NCBI GenBank assembly: GCA_000934665.2
Contig: JYFJ02000229.1
Location: 1-64,000 of the forward strand
From: Catajapyx aquilonaris
Lineage: Eukaryota
Length of the DNA stretch: 64,000 nt
Reading direction: 5' to 3'
Made by a program: the position numbers and the translations under genes. Below, piece by piece: positions 26,306 through 39,985 of the stretch (position 1 is the first letter of the stretch; each line of letters begins with the position of its first letter). Under the pieces are notes generated by a model. That model was not told the DNA's origin. It did no database searches and was given only the letters and a program-made list of their open reading frames with translations.

Positions 26306-26616
26306 CCTGGGGTAGTGCTTTCACCCCCAAATGGGGGTATTTCACACGGACCATTATTTTATTATTGTACATAAGTGCCTATTCATTTAAGCGCCCGGGC
26401 CCACGGGCAGGATGACAGGAGGGGATGTGCAAAGTGCAGTGCGCGGACTGTTATGGGTACATTTTGTGAACTCCCCCGGGTGGTTTAGTATAAGGAAATA
26501 CCACCCGAGACGAAGCCAGAGACGACCTGAACTCTGCACGAGATGAAGGGGGTGTCCCCGGGCTGGGATCGAACATCCGTGGGCGCGTACGTTACCGCAG
26601 CGCCACTCCGCCTCCC
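26240..26616 (-). mobile_element. tRNA-derived SINE (head type A, shortened) with (ATT)n tail
   Basis: Head GGGAGGCGGAGTGGCGCTGCGGTAACG...GTTCGATCCC; TSD AATGTTCAGTTAT (26227-26239) / ATTGTTCAGTTAT (26617-26629), 12/13 identical. Confidence 0.85.
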
Positions 26617-29501
26617 ATTGTTCAGTTATGTATTCACCTGTTTAACAAGAACGCAGCAGATGTACAATATAATGTATATGTTGCACGTATCACTTACGTG
26701 TATATTTTTTGTGGCCATTTTTATTATAGTAAGATGCTCTGCTCTCTGATTTTTAAAAGTATGACTGACGTCACCATTGCTGTTATGATATTTATAAGAA
26801 GTCCGCCTACTCGTAACAATGTTAACAAAGGTGAGGCGCACACTTAAAATAATCGGAATATGAATATTTTCTACCTAAAATTCTCCACAAAATTTTCAAT
26901 TCTGACTATAAGAGATGTAGGCTATCAGCTTTTAGGCAATAGTACAGCACATACTTAAAAATACTCCCTCCTTCTGCTTCCACTCTCAACATTTCCAATT
27001 AAAATATACCGGTATGTGACAGGTCGTAGTGAAGAGGACTATAAACTATTTGAGTCAGACATTTTTTTTTGTAACACATTCACCCTGCACCATCATCCGT
27101 CGATGGGCATGGGCTCATCCACGGGCAAAAATGGGGCAAGTACAACCTTTCATGAAGCCGGCACCCTTTCCGCTGCCACAGTACTACAGTTGGCTACTGT
27201 TACCCTTTCTCATGCGGCTGCGACGTTGTCACATCTTACGTTAGTTGTAGGGGGCGGTGGAGGGTGGATGACACCGTCCGAGAAGTAAACACCATCCCTC
27301 ATGCCTGCCTCTTCGCAAGGGCTCTGATATGCTCGCTTGCTCTTACAGAGCCGGGACATGGACCTGGTGTGTGTGGGTGAGGGTGTATTCTCTAAAATGG
27401 TGATGAGACCCAAGGGGATCTGAATGGGTTCCTTCCACGTGATATACCACTGAGGCCGACATCACCTCGAGAGCAGATATATCGCTGGCATTTTAAATCG
27501 CAATGACACGCACAATTGGAGCCACACAACAGACCCGAATCATATAATTATATCATCAATTACCGGGATACAGAGGCTGCAAATCTGTCTTGTGAAGGTT
27601 TTTACCGTATTATCCCGCAAACATCACCATGCAGGTATTAAACAAGGTCGACCTGTATAATTCGGGTGAACCGCCCAGACGAAGTAATTTTTGTGATGAA
27701 TTCATCGCCTTGAAAATGATATCTGAATAAGTGAAGTATCAATGTGAAATTATGTTAATTATTACATTATTTTTAACTCTGTTGACTGAGTGGGCAAAAG
27801 GTCGTGTTTCATCGCAAAAGGTTTGAAGAAATTTACAAGCTCATGAAAACTGGCCTCTGACTGTTGGGAGAAAGAGAAAAGGCCTCTGTCAGCTTTATTG
27901 TTCCCTTCTCGAAAGAAATTATTATGGAGTTTAAAATGACGAATTTTTCGCTGGTAAAAATGTGGGTAAAACACGTGTCTGTAACGGCAAACCTCTGACA
28001 TATGCCTGTTCAGCCTCCAAGAACCTTTGTACTTCTCCTGTACTATCGTATGCTGCTGATTCCTCCTAAGGAGCCCACCAGGGCTCAGCATGGGGTAATT
28101 AGTAACATAAATAAATGAATGAATTTTTATGTGCAGATTCTAAAAATAATCTGATCACCACCTATATCAATAATAGAATGAAACCATACATTCTACTTGT
28201 ACAAACATATTGTGTGCTACGCCTGCCCCGCTCCTAGCTTCCCAGCACGTCATTCGTCAGTTGGTCTCCGAATCAGTCTAGAATTAACAACTCATCCAAT
28301 TCAAAAGTGGCAGTTATTCTAATTTTGCTTTCCACTGGAGATGCAATTTTTTAACGAACCCATCCACTTTCACAAACACCGTGACCTTTCGCCAGAGGCC
28401 ATGTGCAAATGCATGTCCTTTGGGATCTAACGATTCAGCATCATTGATCTTAGCCAGTGCGACGAAAGGCGTGCTCATTATACCATCTGCCAAACTCCCT
28501 GAATCTATTGCCTGGCAAATAACGACCAAATGTACAACTTCCTCCAGATGAATTTTCATGAACACTCGGCCGTATCCCACGTTTGAAACAAAACAAGATT
28601 TCTTTTTTTCTTCTTCTTCTTTTCTATCTAAATCATGAAACCTCCAGTGGCGGAATGGGAGGGTGGGGAGGTTGAGGAGATGAATGGCCGCGGTCTGGAA
28701 GCCAAACCAGAGTCTAGTAGGCGCCGCTAATGTGATGGCTTGTCCCACTTGCAAACGCATACCAGCCTTCCTTCATTCCCGACTCGCTTATTCTTCTTCC
28801 TGGTGAATATTCATCTCGCCTGTGGAATTAGGGGGACATTGGGACTTTCTGGTGCTACTGAACTCTGGGTCTAGTGGAAGATCAACAGTGTAAAATATTA
28901 AGCGGCGCGGAATATCAATGAGGATCCATCATTAATAAAGTGAGTTTCTGCATTGGGAATTCAGCCTGTGTCGGCTGCAAGTGTCACATCCGTGGTGACA
29001 AACAATGGAATTACGTGTACGTCATGCTCTCTCCCTCTCCCTCCCCTCTATTTTTCCTCCCTGTGGTGAGACTAGGGACGTTAATTCCAAGAGCGTGCCA
29101 ATTTGCGTCATTAGGGGTAGCTGCCGACTCTCATAAAGTAGGGACCGCCGTCATCATTAAGACAATCCTTTCGATCGGTCCAAACTTTCCAGACCGCGTG
29201 TGCACGTGAGTCGCATGGGACACTACTTAGGCGCTGCATTCACTTTTGCATGCGTTATTATATGCCGCAGATTACTGAATAACACAAACCCCAGGGACTA
29301 CCCAGGCCGCGTTATGCTACTTTATCAGTTTCAGCAGTTTAGCTATTTAGGTCAGTCTGCCCTGTGACTAGACTGTGGTTTCATTTGCGGTTTGCAGTTT
29401 CCTGGAGGTGTTATTATATTAATACATTTGACGCCTGCAGGTAATATGTGTATATACTGTATAAGGTTGTCATTGTGTGAGCAGCTACTAATACCTGCAT
29501 A

Positions 29502-29911
29502 TAGATTTTTTTATAGATATACCCCGTGCTAGAGCCATGGGCTCTCTTAGTGGAGTGGATTACCACTATCGTGCAGGGGACAGGGTAGGGATAGAGAGGG
29601 GGGGGACACTGGTGCATGTGCAATATCATCAAGGTGGGGGTCGTGTGCAGTCCCTCAGAGGGCCCGTTCGCCATAGATGACCCCCTAGTTGCGGGGTCAG
29701 AAACTCCACTGACACCGCACCTCCTCCAGGACAGGGAAAGGAAGGAAGCGGCTGTGGCCTATTTTACGGTACGATCCCGGAAATTTTTCCTGGGCGACCT
29801 TGGGAAACCACAGAAAACCAAGATCAGGATCGCCGGCCTCCGGGATTCGAACCCAGGACCTCCCGATTAGCAGTCGGACACCATATACACTCCACCACTT
29901 ACTGCTTCGGT
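29502..29911 (-). mobile_element. tRNA-derived SINE (head type B), full length
   Basis: Head ACCGAAGCAGTAAGTGGTGGAGTG...CCGA-CTGCTAA-TCGG...GGTTCGAATCC; collinear with the copy at 62980; TSD CTAATACCTGCATA (29488-29501) / CTAATACCTGTATA (29912-29925). Confidence 0.92.
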
Positions 29912-30274
29912 CTAATACCTGTATAGCTCTACTCTAATAAATGGAGATAATAGGTAATTATTAATAGAAGCTTTTGTGGATTTTTCAGATTTTGCTCCTA
30001 ATTCACCAACTACATATAGTTATCCGTAGGCTACATATCACCAAAACCGAGGGCGAACGAAACTGTTAAATTTTAAAACACATTTTCACCCAATCATATT
30101 TGAGCTTCATTGTTTACAATCCCTCTTTCCAAGATCATCTCTTTTTCAATAATCCAAATCTGGTATTTTCTTACTCCTGGCCTAAACCAGTGGCTATTGA
30201 AAACTCTCGTTCATAGACAGGAACACTGGAGCATAATATTGTAAAAAACCGGCAGTAAAAATGGTAAAACTGAC

Positions 30275-31480
30275 CTTTTGTTCCAGAGTGAGCTCCGACC
30301 CTGATGACACGTAACTTTCGGCTGCAGCACACGGCCTTGTCTGCCTGGTACTGTTGGCCAGAAGAGCATGGTCGCAGAGTCGGGGCAACTCCTCTCGGCA
30401 AAATTCTCCCAGAAGAGACACGTTGACCTCTCTGGAACCAGTGTGAGCAGTTCTTCCATCCCACAGACGGAGTCGAGTCTGGCACTCCTCTTCCCGGTAC
30501 AACGGGTCGATGGCCGAACCCACGTGGTACTTGGTGAAAGACACCCACACTCGTTCGTGTGTCTTTCCTTGGAAGAAGTACCTGCAGGTGGTATTGGGTG
30601 GCAGACTGTGTCGTGGGTTCTCCAGCTCCCCCATGTTGCTCTCGAAGCTGGTCACCAAAAACTCGCACTCGTGATTCCACACGAACGAGTGCGATGTCAC
30701 GTTGACCATGGTGACAGCCACTTCCAGTTCAAAACCAGGGAGGTAGCTGAGAGGTACAGGATGGAACGGATTGTCGTATGGGGAGGTACGAAATTCGACC
30801 AGCATTTCTGGTCCGCTGGCAACAATGTCTGGGACCATGTCCCCACTGCACAGCCGTACCAGCCTGGGCCCTTCCACTGTGGAACCGTCGTACACAGTCA
30901 GATAGTCCTGCACTATGTTGCACTCGTCCCACACCTTCAGCACCCTCTGACGCCGATCATACTTGACGATCTGGTCCTTGATGTGTATCTTTTGTCCGTT
31001 TGGCTGCCGTACGGTGATCATAGCATGTTGTCCGGCCGGCACCTCGGACTGAATAATCCGGTAACGGCATGTCACATTTCTGGGGTAAATGCCAGGGTAG
31101 TTGGGCGACTGCACGCGACATTTACGGGTCAGACACCCTTCGAAGACCCGGTCGCAATAGGTGCCCTCTACCAGCTCACCCCTGTAGATAGGGTCCATCG
31201 GACTGCCGTACCGCAGCAGAGCCTCTGATCTCGGCAGGGACTTGTAGGACAGACGGAGGTCAAAGTTGTACCCGATGCCCTGTTCAGACAGCCGGTATAG
31301 CTCCAGCGACACGGTCACCGATCTGGTCTCGCTGTAGTAAACGGTATAGCCCCAGGCGCTTCCGCACCAGCGCCCTCCAGGAGCTGGCAATCCAGCCTCG
31401 GAGAGACGCATGAATCCATCAGGGCAACCGTCCACAGTGAACGATACAAATTTACCCACGGTGAACGTGTCAAAAGTTAG
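30275..31480 (-). CDS. Coding exon 3 (1206 nt): CUB modules 1-3
   Basis: Acceptor atttacag|CTA at 31481/31480 after a 77-bp intron; LTFDTFTVGKFVSF...CPDGFM...WCG, then CUB signatures QSPNYPGIYPRNVTCRY and DYLTVYDG...RLCSG...SGPEMLVEFRT; donor AAG|GTCAGT at 30275/30274 (phase 0). Matches ORF 30194..31459. Confidence 0.95.
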
Positions 31481-31557
31481 CTGTAAATAATAATCAAAGT
31501 CTTAACTCAGTTAGCCGCCCTTGGGAATATGCTCTGGCATAAAGTTGGAAATCTCAC

Positions 31558-31694
31558 CTGGACTACATCTCCGTAGATCCCTCCACCTGCTGCGAAGGTG
31601 AGGTGACAAATGAATGGCAATCGGTCTTCTCTCGGCCGTCTGATCTCCACTTCGTATGTTGTTCCCACCTCGCCGTAGTAGGTCCGATTGCACG
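31558..31694 (-). CDS. Coding exon 2 (137 nt): start of first CUB-like module
   Basis: Acceptor ttctttacag|CG at 31695/31694 completes a CCG (Pro) codon from the phase-1 donor; reads CNRTYYGEVGTTYEVEIRRPREDRLPFICHLTFAAGGGIYGDVVQ; donor CAG|GTGAGA at 31558/31557. Confidence 0.9.
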
Positions 31695-33070
31695 CTGTAA
31701 AGAATTAATAAAAGAAATAAGAGATTTTCTGTACAAAAGTCGGCATTGCTTTACAAAGACTCGGATTTCATGTGACGCTCGGTACACGAATGGTCTGAAA
31801 ATAGGACACTTCATTAATGTCAGGAAGAGTTCACTGTAAAACCGGTATTGTCTGTTCTAATGCCAGCATTGTCACCCAAGTTCCAGGTAGATGGCTTTTT
31901 GCACGCGACTGTTTTTTATAATCAAGCGCTGTACGCCATTGCGCTAAGGTTAACAAGGAGTTACGGCATCTCTGGACTAGTGGCACAGAATTTGTAGGGT
32001 CCAGTGAGTGACTGGGTGACAATCACAGCAAAGAGGGTGGGCTCAAGAAAATCCCGATGCATGCCGCACAGTCGGTGGGAATTCAGTTAGAGAGAAAAGG
32101 ATTTCAGCACCATCAGCGAGATTTGTATGGATTGGACAAGATTATCGGTATCAGCGATAAGGTTAGGAGAAATTCATTTTGATAGAAAATAAGCCCGGGG
32201 AAATTTCTGTGGCATCTACCCGAATATCATTTCGCAATGAAATATTGCCCAAAAGGCAGAGTGCATCAGGACGTCCCTGACCGAAAACGGGTTCAATTTC
32301 CTGGCACGGAAATTCAGATGTTTGTCCGTGAATGGCAGAAAAGTAACGTTGGCAATCAAGACCTTCAGAGATGGTTGCCCACTGGGGGTGCAGGATATTC
32401 CTTAAGAGGCTTTGCGAGTCTTTAAAATAATATGGTGTAACTTCACTAGCGCTTTTCCGGCTCATTATTCACAAGAGACACGCTAAACACAGGGGGTAAT
32501 TGTACAGAATGCAGAGCTACAAACTTAGCAGTAAGGGAAACACCTCCCACCCTCCCCGTTTCTCTCTAGGTCTAACAAACTCCAATTAGAGTAAAGGTCT
32601 GTTTCCACAGGAACAATTTTTGCGCAACACAATTTGCGCCCGTTCCAACAAAGGACAGTTCTTCCGCAATTGAATGTCTTATCCAGGAGGGTCTATTTTT
32701 CTAAAGTGTAGCACTGTACTTTCTGATCTCGTTACAACTGCACCATTATCATGTCACGATTAATTTATTTTATCGCAATTTTATCCCAAATTAGATAGTG
32801 ATAAATAACTCAATCATTAGTCATATAATTTCAAATATCTTGGCTCAATATATTGCGCGATTTTAACATGTTTAAAAAAATCATAACTTACATCATACTT
32901 GCAGATCTCTGGGCATTTGCAACACTGTTTCGTTATTGTACGAACATTTTGTGTCGTACGTCCATCAGAAAGCTACAGCACGCTGTGCCTCTTTAGTTTC
33001 CAGGCAAAGTATTAACATTAAATAGCTATTAATATCAAGAAGAATTTTTGATTATAACTCAAAGCCTTTC

Positions 33071-33142
33071 CGCCTCTGCTGGGAGTCGAACCCAGGTCCA
33101 CGCTCGCAATGAGTGTGTGTTCTGCCGCTAAACTACAGAGGC
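33071..33142 (-). pseudogene. tRNA-like element (tRNA pseudogene or isolated SINE head)
   Basis: 72 nt with canonical spacing: acceptor GCCTCTG/CAGAGGC 7/7, D stem GTTT/GAAC, T stem CTGGG/CCCAG with TTCGACT loop; anticodon stem CACAC/GAGCG only 3/5 and loop TCATTGC lacks U33. Confidence 0.75.
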
Positions 33143-36100
33143 TATTTGGCCGAGTTACAATATTTTAACAGAGGTTATGACACATAAAATGCTGCCTATT
33201 TTGATGTTGCGCCAACTGCAGTAAAATAGTGGAAGGTACACGCATAGGTACAGCATAATTGTTACTATTAAGAGGGAATAGCCAGTTAATATTTTTAAAT
33301 CGGCTAATGGGGCATAACATGACTACAGATATTAATAAGAGCTACAGAGATTAATGGAACCTAATACTAGGTAAGAATATTGTGAATTAAAACAAGCTCA
33401 TATGTGAATTTTAAAATGTACTTAAGGCATAATAATAATAATAATGCATTAAAATTAATATAGGTAATATTATTCACCCGTCACAGAATTTTTAAGTTGA
33501 CAAATGAATAAAATAATGCATTCCAGGTTTTCAGCCTAGGAACCTCCTCAAAGTCACTCTGTAAGTCACGTTGGCTAAAAGTAGACTTGGCCCGTTTTGT
33601 TCTGGTGTGTCCATTTATAAACCATAACGACTCCTTCGTGTCCTTCTCCAGTGATGAACTACCTTAGAGCAGCTCACTGGATTTCTGAGTAGAACATTTT
33701 TTTCTTGCAATGAGTCATCTTCTCTGTGACAGCAAGGGACAATAATAACTGATCCGTGAATCTTGTGTGTCATTTTTGGAGACGCTCCATTGCGATAAGC
33801 TATAGAGGCCACGGCCATCTAGTAAGAATATAACACAAGATTCTGCCTTACATTAACCGGGAAGAATGCAGCTGTTCAGAATTTCAATCTACCTGCTGCA
33901 ACATCATTATTTTGTTCTACTACAAAACGTTTGTAAGGAAGGAATGACTTTACAGGAAGCGCGACTTCTTTCTCATTTTGTCGCACAATTACACGTGAAT
34001 AAGGAACACTTTCAGTGTGCAATTAAGAAGAATAAGCTGTACTGCATAATAAGGCGAGACATTTGCAACAGGCATGCACCAAATATATATCACCAAATAT
34101 TATATTTAATATGCGAAAAAAACATTCTGTGAAACATAAATCCATTTATTCTTTTTATAACAGCAACAATGTGATTTTGGGCGGAAGTTTTGAACTTTTT
34201 TCTGCTATATAATAAGGATCGAAGCTTAAATCTCTTGTAAATAAGCTTCAAATGCAGGTGAGTGCCTGGTAAAATGTCGTTCTAATCGGGGGCAGGTTCC
34301 AAAAACAATCTACTTAGCAAGGACACATTTGCATAATAAGCACTCGCTGCTTACGAGTCAGCCATAATTGCGTTTTCATCATTGTAAATGAGGAATATTC
34401 TCACACTTTTGCCCCATTATTCTGAGCTCAGTTTATGAATTTGAATGACTAGGATATTCCAGCAGTTTAAATAATATTTTTAGGGCAATGTTTTGATTCG
34501 AGACAAAATCAATCGTATGAGATTATTTTCTCATTCCTAAGCGACGTAAGGCAGGCATCTCAAGAGATGTAGAAAAAACTTGACACAAGTCACAACCGTC
34601 CTGGGCCCATGATTCTACGTATACCCAGGTCCTTAGATTGGAATACGACGTTTTCCGCGAATTTGACGATAAATAAATAAAATATGGCCATAGTCAGTTT
34701 ACTTTTGAAGTTAAACACACAAAAATATTTGTAGCTAGTGCTTATTAAGATAAAGGTTGCAGTTTTATTTGCTAATAATTTATCATTGAATTATTCCTAA
34801 CTCATTGAACCAGTATAGTTTCCATCACCATCATTCATCACAATGTTCATAACTTGTACTACCATTTTCAATTAGGTTTAACCATGAATAGGCCTGCATC
34901 ACTCTGAGTGTTTTTCATAATTTCTACATGAAGCAACATTAATGCGTGCCCAGCTATCAATTATAACCTTTATATTGAGGAAGAAGACGAGGAACACTGT
35001 TCATTTTGATTGCATCCACAGTTTTCATCAAAAGTTTCCAGAGAGGTTCTATTGTCATGTTCGATTATTATTATCACCATACCAAAGTGAGCAACAGAGA
35101 AAATGAAGCCATCAATGATGTGAGTCAATACTTATAAATTGTGTAGCCGGATATAATTAAGACTTTCCCCACGGCTGTCAACGCACCTTTCACGTGCTCG
35201 CGTGCTCAGCCAGACTTGTTATCAAAGAACGTAACGGCAGCCAGACACGACATTTCTCCCGTCCATAAAACTATTCATTTTAAGGAATGAATCGTTCGCT
35301 TCTACTTTTCCCTCCTCGTGACTAATTGACCAGTTACATGATTATCGTCGTATAGTGGCTCGAGAATTCAATATTTATTCGCTAAGTGAACATTAAAAAG
35401 GACCCAAAATAATACGGTGTTGCTCACAGTATACACGAGGGGATTTTCTTTGGTTCGTTAGTGTTGCTATGGAGAAATGTAATCCTTACTCTATGCTTCA
35501 TTTTCACGGATTTGGAGCTGGTATTTTTCCCATGCTACAGTGCAACTTAAAGCACCTAACCTTTTGTCTATCATTTGAGGAAATACAAAAGATTTCACTT
35601 GCATTCACGCACTGCAAGTCAAATTGCGTGTGGAGATAAGCAGATAAAATGTTGAAATAACGGCACTTTTATGCACTATTCATCCACGCAAGACTTAAAC
35701 ATGACGCTGCAGACATGTGTGCCGTAGTAATCGGACATAACGTGGGAGTTTGACGTCAAGCACAAAATCTAATTGTTTGTTGCATGCGGCGTTGATGATT
35801 AATGACAGTGAAGTATGCGGTATATAATAAATTATTACCAGCATAGGACATTGGTATTGCTCATGTATGCTTTTAGAGGCAGTTTACAAAGATCAGCGTC
35901 ATTCCTCGTGACTTATACTGTAGCGTATTTATTTATAAGTAGCCTAGTTCATTTGTGACATTCATTTCTTTTTTATACTGCTGGTATACAGTATATTGTT
36001 ACATAGGTTTGTCATTGTTTTCGCACACTTTGTCCGAGTTTGAATAGAAAATAATAAACATTGTGACAATAAGAGGCGCTGAAACATGGCCACAGTTAAA

Positions 36101-39100
36101 TCTCTGACCGACCTCCCTCCTGTTTCCTGCTATTGTGTCCTAAAGTTTCATAATGCAATAATACGTATCTTTCCAGTAGGTTCTGCGTATAGTAAACTGG
36201 CACTAGAGAGAAGTTCGCAAGTAGTAACAGTGTAACGAAGCACTTCCAGAAAAGCAATCAATTCAAGGACTCATCCTTTATTTATAAATAGTAATGTTAA
36301 TCACCCAAAGAGTGTTTATGGATTCCGATATCAACGTTATTGGGCTGAACATCGCAATTCCTTTTTTTGCTAATTTTCATTTTACGAGGGTCGTCATATA
36401 AACACCGTTCATATGTCATCGATTAGTATTTATATTTGCTGGTATGGAGGTGATGCTGCTGCTGATGATTACTATTATTATGGTGATCATTATCATCATC
36501 AAAGTAACTTATTTGAATAAATATGTTATTTTCTAATGACTATGACAAAATCACACTATATGAACCTCTGCAGTGTTCTCTGTTTAATTCTCGTATTGTA
36601 CTTGTTTCATTCTCTCGTAGTCTTGTCGCACTGACTTACAATAGCCTTATGCCTAATTAAAACTCAAATTATGATTCTCTGTGCCGTTTATAATTCCACT
36701 TATCTTAATTGATAATTAATAATATTAGCTTGAACATAATTACACGCAAAACCTGAGAGAATTCCACTTTACAACCCAAAGTAGAATATATTCCACAGCA
36801 CTCCAGGCAACGCAGTTAAATCAGTAGATGGAAAATTCAAATCAATTTAAACTGCATACAGACATATACAGTATAAACTATATATCATTTCTGGATCACT
36901 ATTGTTGATGTCATGTGTGCAATATTTTAGACTCGATTCCTACTTTTTGTTTTTATAAATTGCAGTGAAAGTACAGCTTCGGGCGTCAGTGAGATAACAA
37001 AAAAGTGGGAGTATTTCACTGTGTGTATTCATGAATGCCTGGAAAATGGCCGCAATATTCCAGGCTGGTGTAATGTGACCTGATTTTACTATTTTCTGAT
37101 TGACCGTCACAGGTTTATTTTCAACATTATTATAGTAATGATGTGCATAATAACTCTGAGTTCCAAGGAAAATTATTCATTATTGGTTTTATTGCACTGG
37201 TTATTAAATTTTCCGAAGATTTACAACCTTTATATCACATGACATTATATTCATCAAGAAGTATATAGCAACAGTGTATCTACATACAAGGATTGTAAAT
37301 TCCAATTGAAACCACATGAATAGACAAACGCCACATTATGCAGCTAGTTATGAATTGCAGAACTTTTAACTCTTACTACGAGTATTTCGGTGTAAGGGAG
37401 AGTTTTAACATGAGTCCGGTCCTCACAACATGTATGCGTCTACAGTAATATTAATAATTTTGCGGATATACTGTCCTATTTCACACTATTTCAGTCACCA
37501 CCGAAGTGTCCCTTCCCACTACGTCACACCCAGCACTCCCCATTCCCCATCTTCTTCTGGTACCCTCGAAGAAGATTGGATAAAAAACGACAGGGGCTGC
37601 CGGGCAAGGGACTGAAGGGAGGATGGGAGTGAGAATTTTGGGCCCCAGAGGCCATAGAGCATCAGCCTCCACCTACGCCCTCCTTCCAATCGTCACCCAA
37701 TTCACTTACTGCCATGCCACATATCCTCCCTTTGCGCCTGCCTGCAAGTGTGTTTGTCAATAGGTTTGGACTATAAACTACTTGTGGTCCCGATGTAAAA
37801 AAAGGAAGCTTTGGACAAACGGCATTCTAATGCAAGCATCAGCACTCCCTCAAGGTAAACGCTACAGAATAAAATCAGGCAGATGGAGGTACAGCGCCAG
37901 GAGATGTCTGCCCTAAACTTGTTTACTTCTGATTATTTTAGTATTTACAAGCCGAAAACTATTGGCAAGCTCGTTCACGGCTCTGCTGTCAACTGAATGG
38001 TGGCCTTTTAAAAGCCTGCAAGTGGACACAAAGTGGGTTCTGCCATTGATGTGAGATGGCAATTGTTCCCACGGGCCATTCCTAATCGGAAATACTTTGC
38101 ACTGCAGAGCTTGAATGGATGATTCGGTTCAGCGAAATGTTAGCAACTAATACTTTTGACAAACTTTAAAAGTAACCGAGCAAAAGTAACTGCTAAAATA
38201 AGCATCTTAGCCCGGGGGGTCAGGAGAGTAACGTCTAGTAAAATGCCAAAATTCCCACATGCCCATCTCGGACCCCATTACTGTAACTCGCATGGCCGCC
38301 GCCAGACGTCAGCCACTCCTTCTGCTCTTGCCAATACACGAGGTACTGTACCACTGAGTGGTACGAGACCGGACCCAGCTACTGACATTTTGAAGAATAA
38401 AAAGAGAGATGATACCCCAGGGGCGCAGCCCGCGCTCCCTTGTCAGAACCAATAGGTTTCTCCTCTCCTACCCTCTCTCTGCCCAACTAAGTCAACGTCG
38501 TTGGGTTATCGTGGTCCTATAAACAAGAACCTACGTGCCAGGGGAATCGAAACGAGCTCAGCCCAAACGCTATTTTTAATGCCTGAAGGCTTTAAGATTT
38601 AGGGTACCGACGCAGATGAGAGCTTAATTAAATCCAAGTTTCAACTTCCCAGAATGCCAAATATCCATTAATCGTTCTGGGCTTTGGCTGGGGAATTTTG
38701 AATAAGGAGGGATTACTAGCGCAGTTGGGTTGGGGGGAGAGGGAAAAAGGGGAGGGGGAGAATTCGCCCTCATTCCAATGAGCGGAATACGCTGATCATC
38801 CAGATACATCTATCGGGATCAAGGTTTGCCGCCGCATTATCCACGCCCTTCTCGCCAAATTATGAACAAGGGTATTGGGCACATTACATGGCTATCATTT
38901 CACTGATCACTGCCCGGATTGTAGTCGAGCTTTACTAGGTGGAAACTGCCAACTTGGACCACAACGACTGCGAGGCATTTGTATCCCATTTTGCCCATTG
39001 CCATGCAGAATTATCAGTGTATCGGTAAGCATGGCAGGATAGTAGAAGATTAATTAAACGCTATGGACCTATTAGAGCGCAGCGTTGCGCCGCGATGCTC

Positions 39101-39964
39101 ATTGAACTCTGAAGTGCAAAGAGCGAAACACCTCTCATCCTGACCACTAGGCAACTTATGTGCCTCTATTGTTCATAGGAAAGAGTGGCTTGCAGGGGTA
39201 TTGCGTTCTGGTATGTCGCGCACAGATTCATGATTGTGGGCTGTGTACTGTACAAAAGTGGTATCCCAGAAAAGAATGCAAATTAATAAATATCTGAAAT
39301 GCAGGACATGCACAAATGGTCGAAATTGGGTTAAACATTGTGCAGGTTGTGATGTAGCAATTATTAAAGCCTCCAAAATAAACATGTGAAAAACCATTTC
39401 AGAAATATTTTAAAACCCATAATATGAAAATGGAAATCATTCAGATGTGACTGAGTTTCATGTCATCAAAATAATAAACACTTTTAGCTTGTAGTTATTG
39501 AGCAGGGTGAGACACGTACGGGTCTCAGCCAAGAAGTGGCCTTCGGAATCTCCACCTTCCTCCTAGGGTCAACGAGATCATGGGCACTTCCAGTTAGCAA
39601 CTTGAGGATGTGGCTCACGCAGGGATACGTGCTAATCTTCGCTACAATTTGATTGCCTATCGTAGCTCCCCCAACTACGTGTCCATTTTTGCCACCTACC
39701 CCCTTCCTCCTCCGCCCTGCCCGTAAGTCGATATCAGCAAAATGTGACTGTAATCTCCAATCAGAGCCTTTCACATCATCTGCGTAATCAGGGATCTGCT
39801 GAGATAGTAAATAATGAGCGCGCAGCCTCGCATTACCTGCCTAGGTGACAAGTCCAGACTCCCAATTTGCATGAACCGATGATGATGTAGAAACCCGTCT
39901 ACCTAGCTAGGCCTACACTCACTTAAGCTGTGCATGGTCCAAATTCCTTGCATCGGCATTAGAA

Positions 39965-39985
39965 GCAGCAGCAGCAGCAGCAGCA
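39965..39985. repeat. (GCA)7 microsatellite, intronic
   Basis: Directly visible. Confidence 0.9.

Noticed and set aside
30368..31228. 286-aa plus-strand ORF, and overlapping minus ORF 30171..30680
   Set aside because: Antisense or alternate-frame shadows of the GC-rich CUB exon; no recognisable domain.
32915..32985. Hammerhead-like string on minus: CTGATGGA, stem GTACGA/TCGTAC, GAAAC
   Set aside because: Core deviates from CUGANGA, stem II is not closed next to GAAA and stem I does not pair; at most a decayed remnant.
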